This document shows, piece by piece, positions 63,113 to 64,000 of a stretch of 64,000 nucleotides of DNA. The notes below the pieces were generated by a model, which saw only the letters and a list, made by a program, of their open reading frames with translations, searched no databases and was not told the DNA's origin. The DNA is from Chiloscyllium plagiosum. Its lineage: Eukaryota. The stretch covers positions 4,309,603 to 4,373,602 of the forward strand of contig NC_057756.1 of assembly GCF_004010195.1 (NCBI RefSeq). The letters are read 5' to 3'. Within the stretch, counting starts at the first letter, position 1. Every line of letters begins with the position of its first letter. Made by a program: the position numbers and the translations under genes.

Positions 63113-63377
63113 CTGAGCTGAAAATGTGTTGCTGGAAAAGCGCAGCAGGTCAGGCAGCATCCAAGGAGCAGGAGAATCGACGTTTCGGGCTTGAGCCCTT
63201 ATTCAGGAATCTTCTTCTCCTGCTCCTTGGATGCTGCCTCACCTGCCTTCCTGAATAAGGGCTCATGCCCGAAACGTCGATTCTCCTGCTCCTTGGATGC
63301 TGCCGAACCTGTTGCGCTTTTCCAGCAACACATGTTTAGCGCTGATCTCCAGCATCTGCAGTCCTCACTTTCTCCTA
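63113..63377 (+). mobile_element. Palindromic Penelope-derived mini-insert with an extra internal duplicated segment and two hammerhead-like cores
   Basis: Inverted arms; imperfect TSD aaaaaaatgcaac (63100-12) / aaaaaaatccaac (63378-90); CTGAATA..GGGC-tcat-GCCC-GAAA-CG-TC at 63251-63278 and its inverted copy at 63175-63210. Confidence 0.9.
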
Positions 63378-63539
63378 AAAAAAATCCAACATTTGGCCAA
63401 CTGGAAATAACACCATACTATGTTAATGTAAGGGAAATTATTTATGTAGTTACATCCTGATGAATTGCAGAACACTGATTGTCCAGATGCATGTAATTTT
63501 CGATGTTCTTTGACATCTTGCAATTTGTCTGATTTGCAG

Positions 63540-63554
63540 ACGAGAATTTGAAGG
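63540..63554 (+). CDS. Candidate shortened A-like micro-exon (15 nt): (D/N)ENLK
   Basis: tgtctgatttgcag|ACGAGAATTTGAAGG|gtaagt; phase 1/1, resembles GDTLKG. Confidence 0.55.
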
Positions 63555-64000
63555 GTAAGTTTATCCCACTTATGGCAGCCTGGTTTGTGAATGCAGAAAA
63601 ACATTGAGTTCAAAATTGTTTATCAGTAGAGACAAAGATTATATCTTTACTTCTTCTGAATAATGATTAGAGTTTCCACATACTTTTTTGCCTACAGAAT
63701 GCTATGTCATGTAAGAAACCCTGAGACCAATGCATTTTTCAGACATTGTAATTCATTGAATCCCAATTTCATTAATTCTACCATAGTTCATTTTGAATCA
63801 TCACTCCTGACGACGTGCATGTTGTTATTTCCACTGTTTCCCCTATAAATCTCTGCCTCTGAGTCGCACACATTCCTTTTCAAAATTGTAATAAAATGCA
63901 TTTCCGAATCTATCTTTAAGTTAGTTGGCAGTTAACATTTTAAGTTTTTTCTTCGAAGTGCTTTAGTTAGTATAACACAGATTAAACTAATTATTTCCTT

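Larger units (their letters stand above)
1773..63554 (+). other. Internal portion of a multi-micro-exon gene encoding a 21-aa-repeat (3-heptad) coiled-coil; start and end not identified in the window
   Basis: 13 well-supported plus 4 weaker exons, all AG-preceded and phase 1/1, alternating A/B types, open after splicing, with a hydrophobic residue (mostly Leu) every 7 aa. Confidence 0.85.

Noticed and set aside
1773..63554. Naming the micro-exon gene as triadin, a collagen, butyrophilin/BG or CD23
   Set aside because: No Gly-X-Y, and the regular Leu heptads are unlike triadin; no Ig, TM, B30.2 or lectin exon is visible in the window, so no symbol is assigned.
1..64000. CRISPR array, rRNA or prokaryotic operon
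   Set aside because: None seen; the sequence is eukaryotic intronic and repeat DNA.

Overview
Repeat-dense, AT-rich vertebrate genomic DNA. The HE1-type SINEs and the CR1, Rex1, Penelope and Gmr1-like LTR families suggest a cartilaginous fish, probably a shark (inference). Most recognisable ORFs in the supplied track are decayed retroelement fragments. The main result is invisible to that track. A + strand host gene runs through the whole window as a chain of tiny AG..G|GT-bounded, phase-1 exons that alternate 27 nt (type A, xxKLxxKxK) and 36 nt (type B, ELxxCExxLEDL). Each A+B pair is 63 nt = 21 aa = three heptads. Thirteen well-supported exons (1773-48866; one B-slot exon is only 27 nt) splice to an open ~132-aa coiled-coil: GEKLEAQKK DFTKSKEEL AEKLNSNRK ELKDMQQTLKDL EEKLNTKKK ELLNSEQSREDL EEKLQDKEK ELTGCQEALKNL DGKLKAKTK ELMKCEEDLEDI GDTLKGKEK ELAACEKSLEDF EKKLKAKEK. 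Four weaker candidate exons follow, up to 63554. The start and end of the gene are not identifiable here and I cannot name it. The introns hold two Gmr1-like (INT-before-RT) Gypsy elements, many CR1 fragments, two SINE families, Rex1 fragments, Penelope-like elements, and several short palindromic Penelope-derived inserts carrying minimal hammerhead-ribozyme cores and 12-16 bp target-site duplications. Repeat boundaries were read by eye and are approximate.
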